Shown here one piece after another: positions 1-9,151 of a DNA stretch of 64,000 nucleotides. Location: NCBI GenBank assembly GCA_963733675.1, contig CAVTET010000001.1, positions 608,001 to 672,000 on the forward strand, read 5' to 3'. The notes beneath the pieces are model-generated. The model ran no database searches, was not told the origin of the DNA, and saw only the letters and a program-made list of their open reading frames with translations. This DNA is from an uncultured Methanosarcinaceae archaeon. Lineage in GTDB: Archaea > Halobacteriota > Methanosarcinia > Methanosarcinales > Methanosarcinaceae. A program made the position numbers and the translations under genes. Position 1 is the stretch's first letter; each line of letters opens with the position of its first letter.

Positions 1-1
1 C

Positions 2-445
2 TATCCAGCCAAAAAGAGTTTATCACATGCTTTTAGACATGCCAGAGCAACCCACTTAGCCGAACAATTACCTGAACAACTTTTGAAAGAATATTTAGGC
101 TGGACAAAATCAAGTAATATGGCGAGTATATATGTGCATATGTCAGGCCGAGATGTGGATAATGCTATACTTAAGTTGCATGGAATCGAGACTGGAGAAG
201 CTACCAAAAAATTCATTGTTAATAAATGCCCACGTTGTAAGGAAATGAATCCAGAAAATGCTTTATTTTGTTTTAAATGTGGGCTGCCACTTACGCAGGA
301 AACTGCAACAACAGTAGAATTCGTAAAAACCGATTATATGCAACTCGCAAATCTAGACGAAATTAGAGAAATGAAAAATACATTAAAACAGGAGCTAGAA
401 GAAATCTCTAAGCTGAAAGAGATAATGCTTAAAGCTGGAAAATGA
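2..445 (+). CDS. Tyrosine recombinase/integrase, C-terminal part (runs off window start), with C-terminal CxxC..CxxC zinc ribbon
   Basis: Frame is open from base 2: SHAFRHARATHLA (H-x-x-R box II), LGW..S.MASIYVH (catalytic Tyr), then CPRC..CFKC. Confidence 0.9.
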   Translation, partial: YPAKKSLSHAFRHARATHLAEQLPEQLLKEYLGWTKSSNMASIYVHMSGRDVDNAILKLHGIETGEATKKFIVNKCPRCKEMNPENALFCFKCGLPLTQETATTVEFVKTDYMQLANLDEIREMKNTLKQELEEISKLKEIMLKAGK

Positions 446-475
446 TTTATATATAATTTATAAGGAATTATAATT

Positions 476-1666
476 TTAAGGAGTCCTTACTTTTGCTATA
501 CATTTTTCAAAGAAATTATTTAAAAAAACACCATAATCTTCTGATGAAGGCGACCTGTATTTATCCGGCTTCGCATCCATTATATTAAAAAATTTACTAT
601 TTTCTTGCACGAATTCTTCTTCTTCGATGGAAATTGTTCCGTCTAGAATATCTCTCTGAAAGCAGTGGTCGAAAAGTAGCTCAATACCTATTATTTTTCT
701 GTCGTGCTCAAAAGTTATTATTTGCAGTATTTCACGACACGTCTCTTTCCAATTTTTATCCACTAAGATTCTGTTAAATATCTCTTCCGACATTTTTTTT
801 ACCAAATTAGCCTGGTCTACTAGCATTTCATTAGGTTTTTCTAGTAACTCTGTATGCATATCTTTAAGCACGTTCAGAGCTATTATTTTAGATGCCATTT
901 TAAATGATATATTTGCTATCATTAATTTATAAAGTTCTTCAATTGATATTTTTCCATATTCTGTCGGCAATGACACTTCTACTATTTTCTGAAACGTTTC
1001 TTCTAACATCTCAATATCTGCGGATAATTTCAAAGATTTTTGACAAATCTTCGATTTCAGTGAATCGTTTATGCATTCATTATAAACATCCAGCCAAATA
1101 TTTGGGTTGGCTATAATCTTTTTCATGAATTTAACGTAAAGTTTATTAGTCGGATTTTTGACAGTTAATACGGATGTCCAGTAAGTAGCGCCTATGGATA
1201 ACCTACAAATTTCGTCAGCTTTGTTATATAAAGTTTCAACCTCGTTTTTTAAGCATATATCAAAAAAGGAAACCGATAAAAGCAACTGGATACTGTACTT
1301 CTTAGCAATAGTAGTATCTAGATTTAAACCGCGTTGTTTGCTGATTATATTTAACGATTTTTTATATATGTTTAATCGTATGTCAGGGAACTGAATTCTG
1401 ATATTTTTTAAATTTTCAATTCTTTTTATGTCCCACCTATTAGCTAATCCAGGCTTCGCTGGGATTTTTTCTATACACGAATAAGGGCGGTATTGCAAAT
1501 CTCTAAGATGCTTTTTTATGTTCCCTTGATCTTTTATCTCGTATTCTCTCGCCAGAAATTCTCTTATTTCTGGCTCTGGAACAGGTCCATCACTACTTAT
1601 AATAAATTCAAGTATTCCAGCTTTGGCCTCATTCCATTTGAGGTGATCTCCTTGACTTCTTCTCAT
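476..1666 (-). CDS. Hypothetical protein with probable N-terminal winged-helix DNA-binding domain (element regulator)
   Basis: 396-aa ORF. The N-terminus ILEFIIS..PVPEPEIREFL..IKDQGNIKKHLRDL resembles a wHTH; the gene is divergent from the AbrB-like gene. Function is inferred. Confidence 0.6.
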   Translation of the reverse strand: MRRSQGDHLKWNEAKAGILEFIISSDGPVPEPEIREFLAREYEIKDQGNIKKHLRDLQYRPYSCIEKIPAKPGLANRWDIKRIENLKNIRIQFPDIRLNIYKKSLNIISKQRGLNLDTTIAKKYSIQLLLSVSFFDICLKNEVETLYNKADEICRLSIGATYWTSVLTVKNPTNKLYVKFMKKIIANPNIWLDVYNECINDSLKSKICQKSLKLSADIEMLEETFQKIVEVSLPTEYGKISIEELYKLMIANISFKMASKIIALNVLKDMHTELLEKPNEMLVDQANLVKKMSEEIFNRILVDKNWKETCREILQIITFEHDRKIIGIELLFDHCFQRDILDGTISIEEEEFVQENSKFFNIMDAKPDKYRSPSSEDYGVFLNNFFEKCIAKVRTP

Positions 1667-1810
1667 ATGCTATAAAATATGCTATATGGTATAATAAATC
1701 TATGTATTATTTCTTTATTGCAATTACTGCTCATTTTTTAATAAAAACCATATGGTATTATTATTCTAATATTTTTACGGTATGTTTAAATATTAAAATT
1801 AACATGTTGT

Positions 1811-1996
1811 TTGACGGTGATGAAAATCAATTTCAATTTCGGAAAAAGAAAAATTCAAAAAGTTAGGTATTCCTTCTTAATTCCTTTGCCTATTGATTGG
1901 GTCAACAGCATGAAACTTGGTAAAGGTAATTTGCTGGAAATTGAAATGCAAGAAGACTATAGTTTGAAGATAACCCCGGTTCCACAGGCCCGGTAA
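1811..1996 (+). CDS. AbrB/MazE/SpoVT-family DNA-binding protein
   Basis: RKIQKVRYSFLIPLPIDWVNSMKLGKGNLLEIEM..SLKITP fits the swapped-hairpin consensus (KIQK.G.S..I.LP..W...L..GD). Confidence 0.8.
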   Translation: MTVMKINFNFGKRKIQKVRYSFLIPLPIDWVNSMKLGKGNLLEIEMQEDYSLKITPVPQAR

Positions 1997-2052
1997 GACT
2001 CTGAAGGAACCAGGAGCACAACACCAACCAACCAAAAGAAGGAGATGTCGGC

Positions 2053-2202
2053 ATGAATAATATGACACCAAAAGATATATCTTTTACCTCATGGGCGAAA
2101 CAAATCTGCATCAAACATACTGAAATTTTAGATCGCATGAGAAAAAGTACTGATCCACTGGGAAGGGCAATAGCAGTTAGAATTATAAAAACGCAGGAGT
2201 AA
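2053..2202 (+). CDS. Small hypothetical protein (49 aa, not in ORF track)
   Basis: GGAG RBS, then ATG at 2053: MNNMTPKDISFTSWAKQICIKHTEILDRMRKSTDPLGRAIAVRIIKTQE*. Co-oriented with the element operon. Confidence 0.55.
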   Translation: MNNMTPKDISFTSWAKQICIKHTEILDRMRKSTDPLGRAIAVRIIKTQE

Positions 2203-2363
2203 TTGAGCTTTAAAAAGAGAAATAGGGTATGTAGATTACCCTGGATCACACAAAGGGAAGGAAACTGATTGAAAAAGTCTTACAGTAGATAATATCATTT
2301 TACCTTATTTAATCCTTCTATGTGTGATTTTCTCTTCTTTTTGCTACTGCGGGAGTTGAAAAT

Positions 2364-2561
2364 ATGTCATTCAACCCAGACGAGTTTTTCTGTAAACGTT
2401 TGTATATTTTATTTAGTGTCCGGATGAAAGGAAATAAAATCCAGCTCAATATAAATTATTATAATAAGTTTATTCTTTATAAAGCTTTCACTAAAGTAAA
2501 CTGGTTGCCGTCCTATATATGGATCACACGTTCTGCATTTTCAAAGCTCAGGTGGTTCTGA
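2364..2561 (+). CDS. Small hypothetical protein of the element, possibly frameshifted
   Basis: GGAG RBS before ATG 2364; the stop abuts the next ATG at 2562. Confidence 0.4.
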   Translation: MSFNPDEFFCKRLYILFSVRMKGNKIQLNINYYNKFILYKAFTKVNWLPSYIWITRSAFSKLRWF

Positions 2562-2714
2562 ATGACTGCCCGAACCTTCATTAAACCTTGCAAGAAACAG
2601 TCTTCTTCTATCTGCAGTATAAAACTCTGCTCTGAATGTTGTGAAGCGCGGGAAAAGGAGAATTTTATGAGGGCTTTATTCATTTTAAGCCTAATTTTAC
2701 CCCAGGAAGTTTGA
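2562..2714 (+). CDS. Small Cys-rich (putative Zn-binding) protein, 50 aa, not in ORF track
   Basis: GGTGG RBS; MTARTFIKPCKKQSSSICSIKLCSECCEAREKENFMRALFILSLILPQEV*. The stop lies 2 bp before the primase ATG at 2717. Confidence 0.55.
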   Translation: MTARTFIKPCKKQSSSICSIKLCSECCEAREKENFMRALFILSLILPQEV

Positions 2715-2716
2715 CA

Positions 2717-4470
2717 ATGTCTTCGGATTCTATTTTCGCTCAAATGGATATTGTCAAAATAATTAGATCTTATGGGATTAACCTAATCCGAGAAGGTAAT
2801 ATGTATTACGGATCAATTCCACCTGTGGGGCAAACCGGTAAAAGTTTACATGTTTGGGCTAATGCAAATACCTGGTTTTGCAACAAAAACCATGTAGGTG
2901 GGGGTATTCTTGATTTTATTCAATATATAGAGAGAGGACTTACTAAACGGCAAGCACTTGAAAAAGCGGCAGAAATTTCAGGAGTTCAACTTGAGCCATT
3001 CTCTGATGAGCAAATTAATAAGCTTGAAGAAAAAGAAGATGTTTATAACACTCTTACTGCACCTGCAAATATCTACCACACAAATTTGACTAATGATCGG
3101 TACAGTTTCATTTTCAATCGATGGGGAATTACCAGAGAATCAGTGGATGATTGGAACTTGGGATATGCTTCCACTGAACGAAATCTTGAAGGCATGGATC
3201 CTAAAAACTTGATCAAAGCTGGCTTAGTGAATATTACTGATACTGGAAATATGGGGAGAATTCTATAGAGGTAGAATAATTTTTCCTTACCTTATCGATG
3301 GCACGATTCAATATATGGCAGGCAGAGTAACTCCTGATACTCCAGATCATGATAAAGGAGCGAAATACAAATATCTGCGAATTAAATCTGAAACAAAAAA
3401 TGAACAGATATCTGAATTTATCAACAAAAAGGGATTTTTTTGGGGAAGATCGAATAAAGAGTGCAGATTTCTGCTTTATTACTGAAGGACTTGCGGATTG
3501 TATTGTAGCCAATCAATTTGGCTTTCCTTGCCTAGCTTTAGGTTCTACGGGGATATCAAAAGAATGCCAGGAACATTTGATTCATTTACTAGGCGAAAAA
3601 AAATGTGTCTACCTATGCTTTGATAACGACGAAAACAAAGCAGGGCAGAAGGGAGCCATAACAATAGGACAAATTCTTTTCGATGCCTGTATTCAAATTA
3701 AAATTATTGATCTCCCTTCTGGATCAAAAAAAATGGATATTGCAGAATTTATGAAAGATAGAGAAGCTAAAGACTTTGAATTATTAAAAAAAGAGGCTTT
3801 TAGCTTCATAAAATATACATTAAACCTCTGTTCTGTATCTGACTCTTTGCCAGAAAATTACAAAACTGCTGAGTCTTTTGTGTGTGATAGACTTCTTAAT
3901 ATCCAAAATCTATATAGAGATGCCTATATTTCCGATGAGATAAAACAGCACTTCAATTTCCAAAATAAACAAAGAGATAACCTTATTAAGCAAGCTAATG
4001 GGTGGGTGCAAAATGGAAAAGAAAATAATAAAGTCGTAGAAGACGACAATGGAGTCGAAGAAATAGACCATCTTACGTTAGATTTGATTACATCCCTTGA
4101 AATTCAGAAAGAAACAGGATTGTTAGCTTGTGAAAAATGGGTTAGTAATAATAAGATCAGTATTGCAAAAGTCCCTCCAGAATTATTAGCCAAAAAGTTG
4201 GTGGGCCTAAGGGAAAAAAGATATAACTACAGCAATTTTATCCATTCAATTAAAGAAACGTTTCTGTTACAGTCGTATGAAATAGAAGAAATTTACCAGA
4301 AAATACTTGGAATTAATAAAGGGTATTATAACGAAAAAAAACGATTAAATAAAATCTTAATCCGGATTCAAAATTATTCTTCACATATAAGAGCGAAAGC
4401 TCAAGATTTATTAAAGTATGGGGACCCCCAAAATTTCATCTATCAAACTTTTAGGGCGATTCAGTTGTAA
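2717..4470 (+). pseudogene. DnaG-type (TOPRIM) primase, two frameshifts, 3' truncated
   Basis: N-terminal zinc-finger-like region (NTWFCNKNHVGGGILDF). A hidden middle frame (3255-3440) reads GEFYRGRIIFPY..YMAGR..GAKYKY. TOPRIM motifs ITEGLAD, CFDND and KMDIAEF follow. +1 shifts lie in G4 (~3253) and T7 (~3435). Confidence 0.85.
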
Positions 4471-5239
4471 ATATCCAAATCTTCAGCAGCAGCCTAGTAA
4501 ATACCAAAAATGGAGAACCATATTTACAGCTGAGCCTGGAAATAAAATAATATCTTTTGACCACTCTCAAATAGAGCTTAGGATATTAGGAGACAAAGCA
4601 GTTGAGCTTGCTTTTATAGAAGCTTTTGCTGCAGGTATGAATATTCATACCCTTACTGCTTCTAAGATCTTTAACAAGCCATTTGATAGTATTCAAAAAA
4701 CTGACAAAGAACGCAGTATAGCAAAAACGATTAATTTTGGTTTACTTTACGGGATGTCCGCTAAAGGTCTGATGAAAAAGTTAAAAACAGACGCTGGGAT
4801 TGAACTAACAGAAAATCAGGCTAAAGAGTACATTCGTACTTTTAAGGTAGCTTATCCTTTCATAAGTAGTTATATGGAAAGAATAAGTCAAGAAGGCATA
4901 CAAAATAGAGAATTAAGAAATGCTGCAGGTAGGCTATTAATTATCGATGACGATATAGATGAGAGTGCTGCCGGTAGGGAAGCAATGAATCTACCTATTC
5001 AATCACTATGTGCAGATATGATTAAGGAAGCTCTTCCCCAAATCCAAGCTAAACTTGAGCCTTTAGGTGTAAAATTCATTAATATCGTTCATGATGAGCT
5101 CGTATTTGAGTGTAAAGATGATCAGGCTGAGGAAGTCTGTACTTTTGTAAAAACAATAATGGAAAAAGTAGGGAATAATTACTTAAAGCATATTCCTTGT
5201 GTAGTTGATGTTAAATCCTCAGATTATTGGCAGAAATAA
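4453..5239 (+). pseudogene. polA: Family A DNA polymerase (PolA), palm/fingers only; 5' part missing
   Basis: GRFSCKYPNLQQQP (TGRLSS..PNLQNIP), motif A DHSQIELR, motif B RSIAKTINFGLLYG, NLPIQSLCADMIK, motif C VHDELVFE. Confidence 0.9.
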
Positions 5240-5606
5240 ACAACATCTAGTCTTTTGATAATGTCTACTTCATCTTTTTCTATTTCTGGTTCTAACTGAT
5301 ATTTCATGTGGAAACAAGTAATCTATCTTACATAATTAAATTTAAAAATGTTGTTTTTTAACGTCAATTTTATTAGTTTTACCCAAAAATAGGAAACTAT
5401 ATTGAGAAAAAAATAGTTCGTTTTAAATATCTTTTATAAAAATTCAAATTTATTCCATCGAGATTTTCTCCATAACCAACTATTCAAGTGTTAAAATGTT
5501 ATTGTTTACCATTACCATTTTGCATTGATGATAACGTATAAGTACTAATAAATAGTATATAGTAGCGTCGTTTCTTGAAAATTGACGGGCTGGTAGATCG
5601 CATAAC

Positions 5607-5831
5607 ATGAAAGGTGATAACACAAGATTTCAACAGAAATTTACAGAAGATATGTTCCTGAATGCTCTATCAATTGACAGCATCAAGTCCAGTGCGACTA
5701 TTATGAATCTAGTAGGATGTAGCAGGTCCACAGCTAAAAACATGCTTTACAAGCTTGTAACTGAAGGGAAAGTGAAAAAAATAGGAATTGAAGGCGACGG
5801 TTACGGTTGGCAGAAAGTAAAAGATGATTAA
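5607..5831 (+). CDS. Small winged-helix DNA-binding protein
   Basis: SSATIMNLVGCSRSTAKNMLYKLVTEGKVKK..YGW is a wHTH pattern. Confidence 0.7.
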   Translation: MKGDNTRFQQKFTEDMFLNALSIDSIKSSATIMNLVGCSRSTAKNMLYKLVTEGKVKKIGIEGDGYGWQKVKDD

Positions 5832-6117
5832 AATGAGTTTTATTGACAACAAGAAGCAAGAAAGCGATCCGGAATTTGTGTTGCAAATAATGCCGGAATT
5901 AAAAGAAGATTATCTCAAAGATCGTCCGTGCAAGTTGGAAAAAGATTCGATAGAGATTTGGAAAGTCGTAAGTGTACTTAATGGAGATTGTGACCTACCA
6001 ATCGAGCAACAATCTTTTTCATGCACTCAGGTACTTTTTGATAAAGAAGGCGAAGATAGATATTTAAATTTATGCGAACAAGCAATGCAAGAGAAAGGAG
6101 TTGCGTTTGATCAATAA
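5824..6117 (+). CDS. Hypothetical protein of the element
   Basis: 97-aa ORF overlapping the previous stop codon. Confidence 0.55.
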   Translation: MIKMSFIDNKKQESDPEFVLQIMPELKEDYLKDRPCKLEKDSIEIWKVVSVLNGDCDLPIEQQSFSCTQVLFDKEGEDRYLNLCEQAMQEKGVAFDQ

Positions 6118-6782
6118 TTGGGTACTATTCATAAATTGGATTGCACTATAGTCAATGAAGGTGGTGATACAGAAGTAAAACCTGTGTTTTTGCTGATTGA
6201 TTCAAAAATTTATCATGAGATAGATTGTAGACATCTACCTGAAGAGTTGTTAAATAAGTTGCTATAAATTGTATGTACCTTGTTTTAATAGAATTGTGGG
6301 GAAAATCAAAATCTTCCTTACTCATTTAGTATTTTAGTATCATTTCTTTGATTATGTGATCAACATTAACATTATTTAGCTTAAGTTATCCTAACTACTC
6401 TAAATACCCTAGACTAAAGAATATGAAATTTATGTGAAAACATTATCCTAAAATTTAAGTACTATATAGCAAATATAAGTTATATATTTTTTATGTGATA
6501 AAAGTGTATGCCAAATATCTCGTGGTTAGTTACCGTGCATGTCAGTAAAGATCATGGGAAATAAAAAAGGTCAAAAAAATGACTTATTATGAGATCAGTG
6601 GTGAGACTTTTATTTAAAGTTTGGTTTGTGAATTATTGCCATACTCAAAACAATCGCTCTTAGAGCCGGAGACCGGCTCAGATTTGATAGCTGTGAACCT
6701 CACTTCTATACAAAACAAAACGAACTAAATATTCAAATACAATACTAGTTAATATTAATTAAAAAGTAAACAAGGTGATAAT

Positions 6783-7234
6783 ATGACTCGTCCTTCTAAA
6801 CTCACTCCGGAAATACAAAAAAGAATCGGTGATAATATTGCACTCGGTTTGACTTATAGATTGGCTGCCGAGTCGGTTGGTATAACCTATAAAACGTTAA
6901 ACGAATGGAATCAGAAGGGGCAGACTGAGAAATCTGGGAAATACTATAAGTTTGCACAATATATCCAAAAATACAATGCTAATGCCGCAAAAGCTCTTTT
7001 GGAACGCATAAATGAATCAGCAAAAGCTGGTGATACGCAAATGTGTACTTGGGGATACTTGAACGCCGTTTTGCGTCAGACTTTGGACGTCGGGTATATA
7101 AGAAAACGAATGTTGTTGCAGAAAATTTGAATCAGAATGTTGAGATAATAGTTCAGGACACAGATGCAATTCGAGAAGAAATTCTAGCAAAGTTTGATCG
7201 GGTTGAAGAAAGTAATGAGTTATTAACTAGTTAA
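6783..7234 (+). pseudogene. Terminase small subunit-like HTH protein, frameshifted
   Basis: MTRPSKLTPEIQKRI..AAESVGITYKTLNEW (the RP-KLT-HTH N-terminus typical of TerS-like proteins), continuing ..W(ILERRF)..DFGR after 2 extra G at ~7051. GGTGA RBS present. Confidence 0.7.
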
Positions 7235-7317
7235 GGTTTTTCATTCTAACTTAATCCATTTTTAATAGAAAATATTTTACTATTTATTCTTATCAATGGG
7301 CATAATTGTAGTCGAAC

Positions 7318-7528
7318 TTACCAAAATCTCAACCAAGGTTTCTTAGCTCTCGGAGCTTCAATTGACTTCTGAGTGATGAGTGTTTGAACTTGCATCATAT
7401 AATTCGTGTGCATGTTCTTGATATCTTCAAGTTCTTTTTTAATGTTGCAATATGATCATTCAAAAATCTGTTTTCAGCATCCATGGACTCAAATTCTTTT
7501 TTGTATCCTGATGTCTCACAACTATCAT
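7318..7528 (-). pseudogene. C-terminal remnant of a coiled-coil protein ending ...QKSIEAPRAKKPWLRFW*
   Basis: Manual translation: ENRFLNDHIATLK/KELEDIKNMHTNYMMQVQTLITQKSIEAPRAKKPWLRFW. The 5' end is cut exactly at the MITE boundary (7529). Confidence 0.6.
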
Positions 7529-7678
7529 GGTTCAGTTGCAAAAATAATATTTCTGCATTTTGACACTAGAATTCTCACCTTTAAGTGCCATTTTCTTTCT
7601 AATGAAAATGATTAGTTATCCTAATTATAATGTTTTTCACTGGTTTTGTAAAATAGTCAGATTTTTTGCAACAGAACC
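7529..7678. mobile_element. 150-bp IS6-derived MITE
   Basis: Ends GGTTCAGTTGCAAAAA...TTTTTTGCAACAGAACC match the IS6 IR GGTTCCGTTGCAAAAA; no ORF inside. Confidence 0.8.
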
Positions 7679-7799
7679 TATTTTGCTTACATTACTTCAA
7701 AAAATTTATATTCACGCAATTTTTCCCTACGGCCCTATAAGTTCCCAAAGTCTTATCCAGTAGCAAGCTATTGGGTATTTGACTAAAATAAAGAAAGTA

Positions 7800-9098
7800 T
7801 TAGGTTTTTCTCTTTACTAGAAGTACTTCCTTTTCTTTTCCAATAATTTCAACTTTTTCTTTAATTCCTATTTCCTCCTCAGACTAGCTTGCCAGTATTC
7901 TCCATTATACCGGACAAGTCCTGACTTTCCTTGTCCCAGAGGATCTATTGTTTGGGCTGTATCACCGATGATTGTTCCTATAACTGGCTTTTTCTTTCGG
8001 ATCTCGGTTACTTTATAAATTGCGAAGACAAGGAAGAGCCCGAAGACAATCGTAGGGATGATAACTGTCAAAGTCATAAGTCTTATGAATTCGCGAGTAT
8101 AGATGTTTTCAGCTCCCGTAGGTACAAAGAGTACACTTCCTATTATAAGACTGATGAAACCGGCAAACCCGAAAATTCCGAAGCCTGGAATTTTAATTTC
8201 CAGGATAAGAAGCCCTATCCCTATAATTATGAGAAAGATTGCACCCACATTTATATTAAACCCTGTACCTATCAACCCAAGTACTATCGCAATGATTCCA
8301 AAAACTTCTACCCCTGATCCAAGATTTGAAATTCCAAAGATAATCCCAGAAAGCCCAATGATTAGGAGAAGAGAGAATTGGATTTGAGATTAGCTCCAAG
8401 AAAGCAAGAGAAAGAGAAGGTTCATAGTTTTCAATGCTGAAGCTTTCAGTTCTGAAAATCTTTCCTTTCACAACCTTTCCGTTGATCTGGATCAACAAAT
8501 CGGAGATAGAAGGAGCTATATATTCTATTACACCTGTGTCTAGTGCTTCTTGCGCGCCAAGATTTTTGTTTTTGGTTATAACTTCTTCTGCAAAGGTCTC
8601 ATTTCTTCCGTGTTTACTGGCGATTGTAACCGAATATTTGACAAGGGCATTTATTATCTTTTCGTCTTCTATTGGTTTTGTCCCTTCTGCAGATATCTAC
8701 ACTGGCTGCGCTGAACCAATTACAGTGAAAGGAGCCATTGCAGCAATATCAGTCCCCATCAAAATAAAAGTACCAGCTGACTAAGCTTTCCCACCCTCAG
8801 GCACATATCCAATAACAGGAACCGTTGTATTCCCAATTCTCTTTATGATTGCCTGTGTTTCTTCCACCCCTCCTCCAGGTGTGTCAAGGCTAATTACAAG
8901 AGCTTCAAAGCCTTCATTTTCAATTTTCGCTATTGCATTAGCTATGATATCATCTGAAGCCGGGATGATGGCTCCTGAAATTTTAAGCACAAGCATCTTA
9001 TTGTTAGATCCTGTCGCAACAATGGAACCAAAATTGGCTATAAGAATGGAGCATAAGAATAAAACAAAGAGGAAACGTGTAACCCTTTCCATAAGCAT
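7800..9098 (-). pseudogene. nfeD: NfeD (ClpP-class membrane protease + OB fold), two amber stops and two frameshifts
   Basis: LDTPGG, GGKA*SAGTFIL, IGSAQPV*, LEIKIPGFG, GLVRYNGEYWQA; adjacent to the SPFH gene. Confidence 0.9.
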
Positions 9099-9151
9099 GT
9101 TTGTAGGTCCTTTCTTGCCCTTTACTTTTCTTCAGACTCTTGTTTTCATCT

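Larger units (their letters stand above)
1..7528. mobile_element. Degenerate integrated element (provirus remnant or satellite-like island)
   Basis: Gene order: integrase, divergent regulators, primase, PolA, wHTH, TerS-like. The left end lies outside the window. Confidence 0.8.

Noticed and set aside
4418-4452. ATG at 4418 as the real PolA start
   Set aside because: It lies inside primase coding sequence, has no RBS, and homology only begins at about 4453.
8697-8783. Two in-frame TAG codons in nfeD as pyrrolysine readthrough
   Set aside because: They look like simple TGG>TAG and CAG>TAG transitions, and the same gene also has two frameshifts. Similar TGG>TAG changes occur in dead IS copies.
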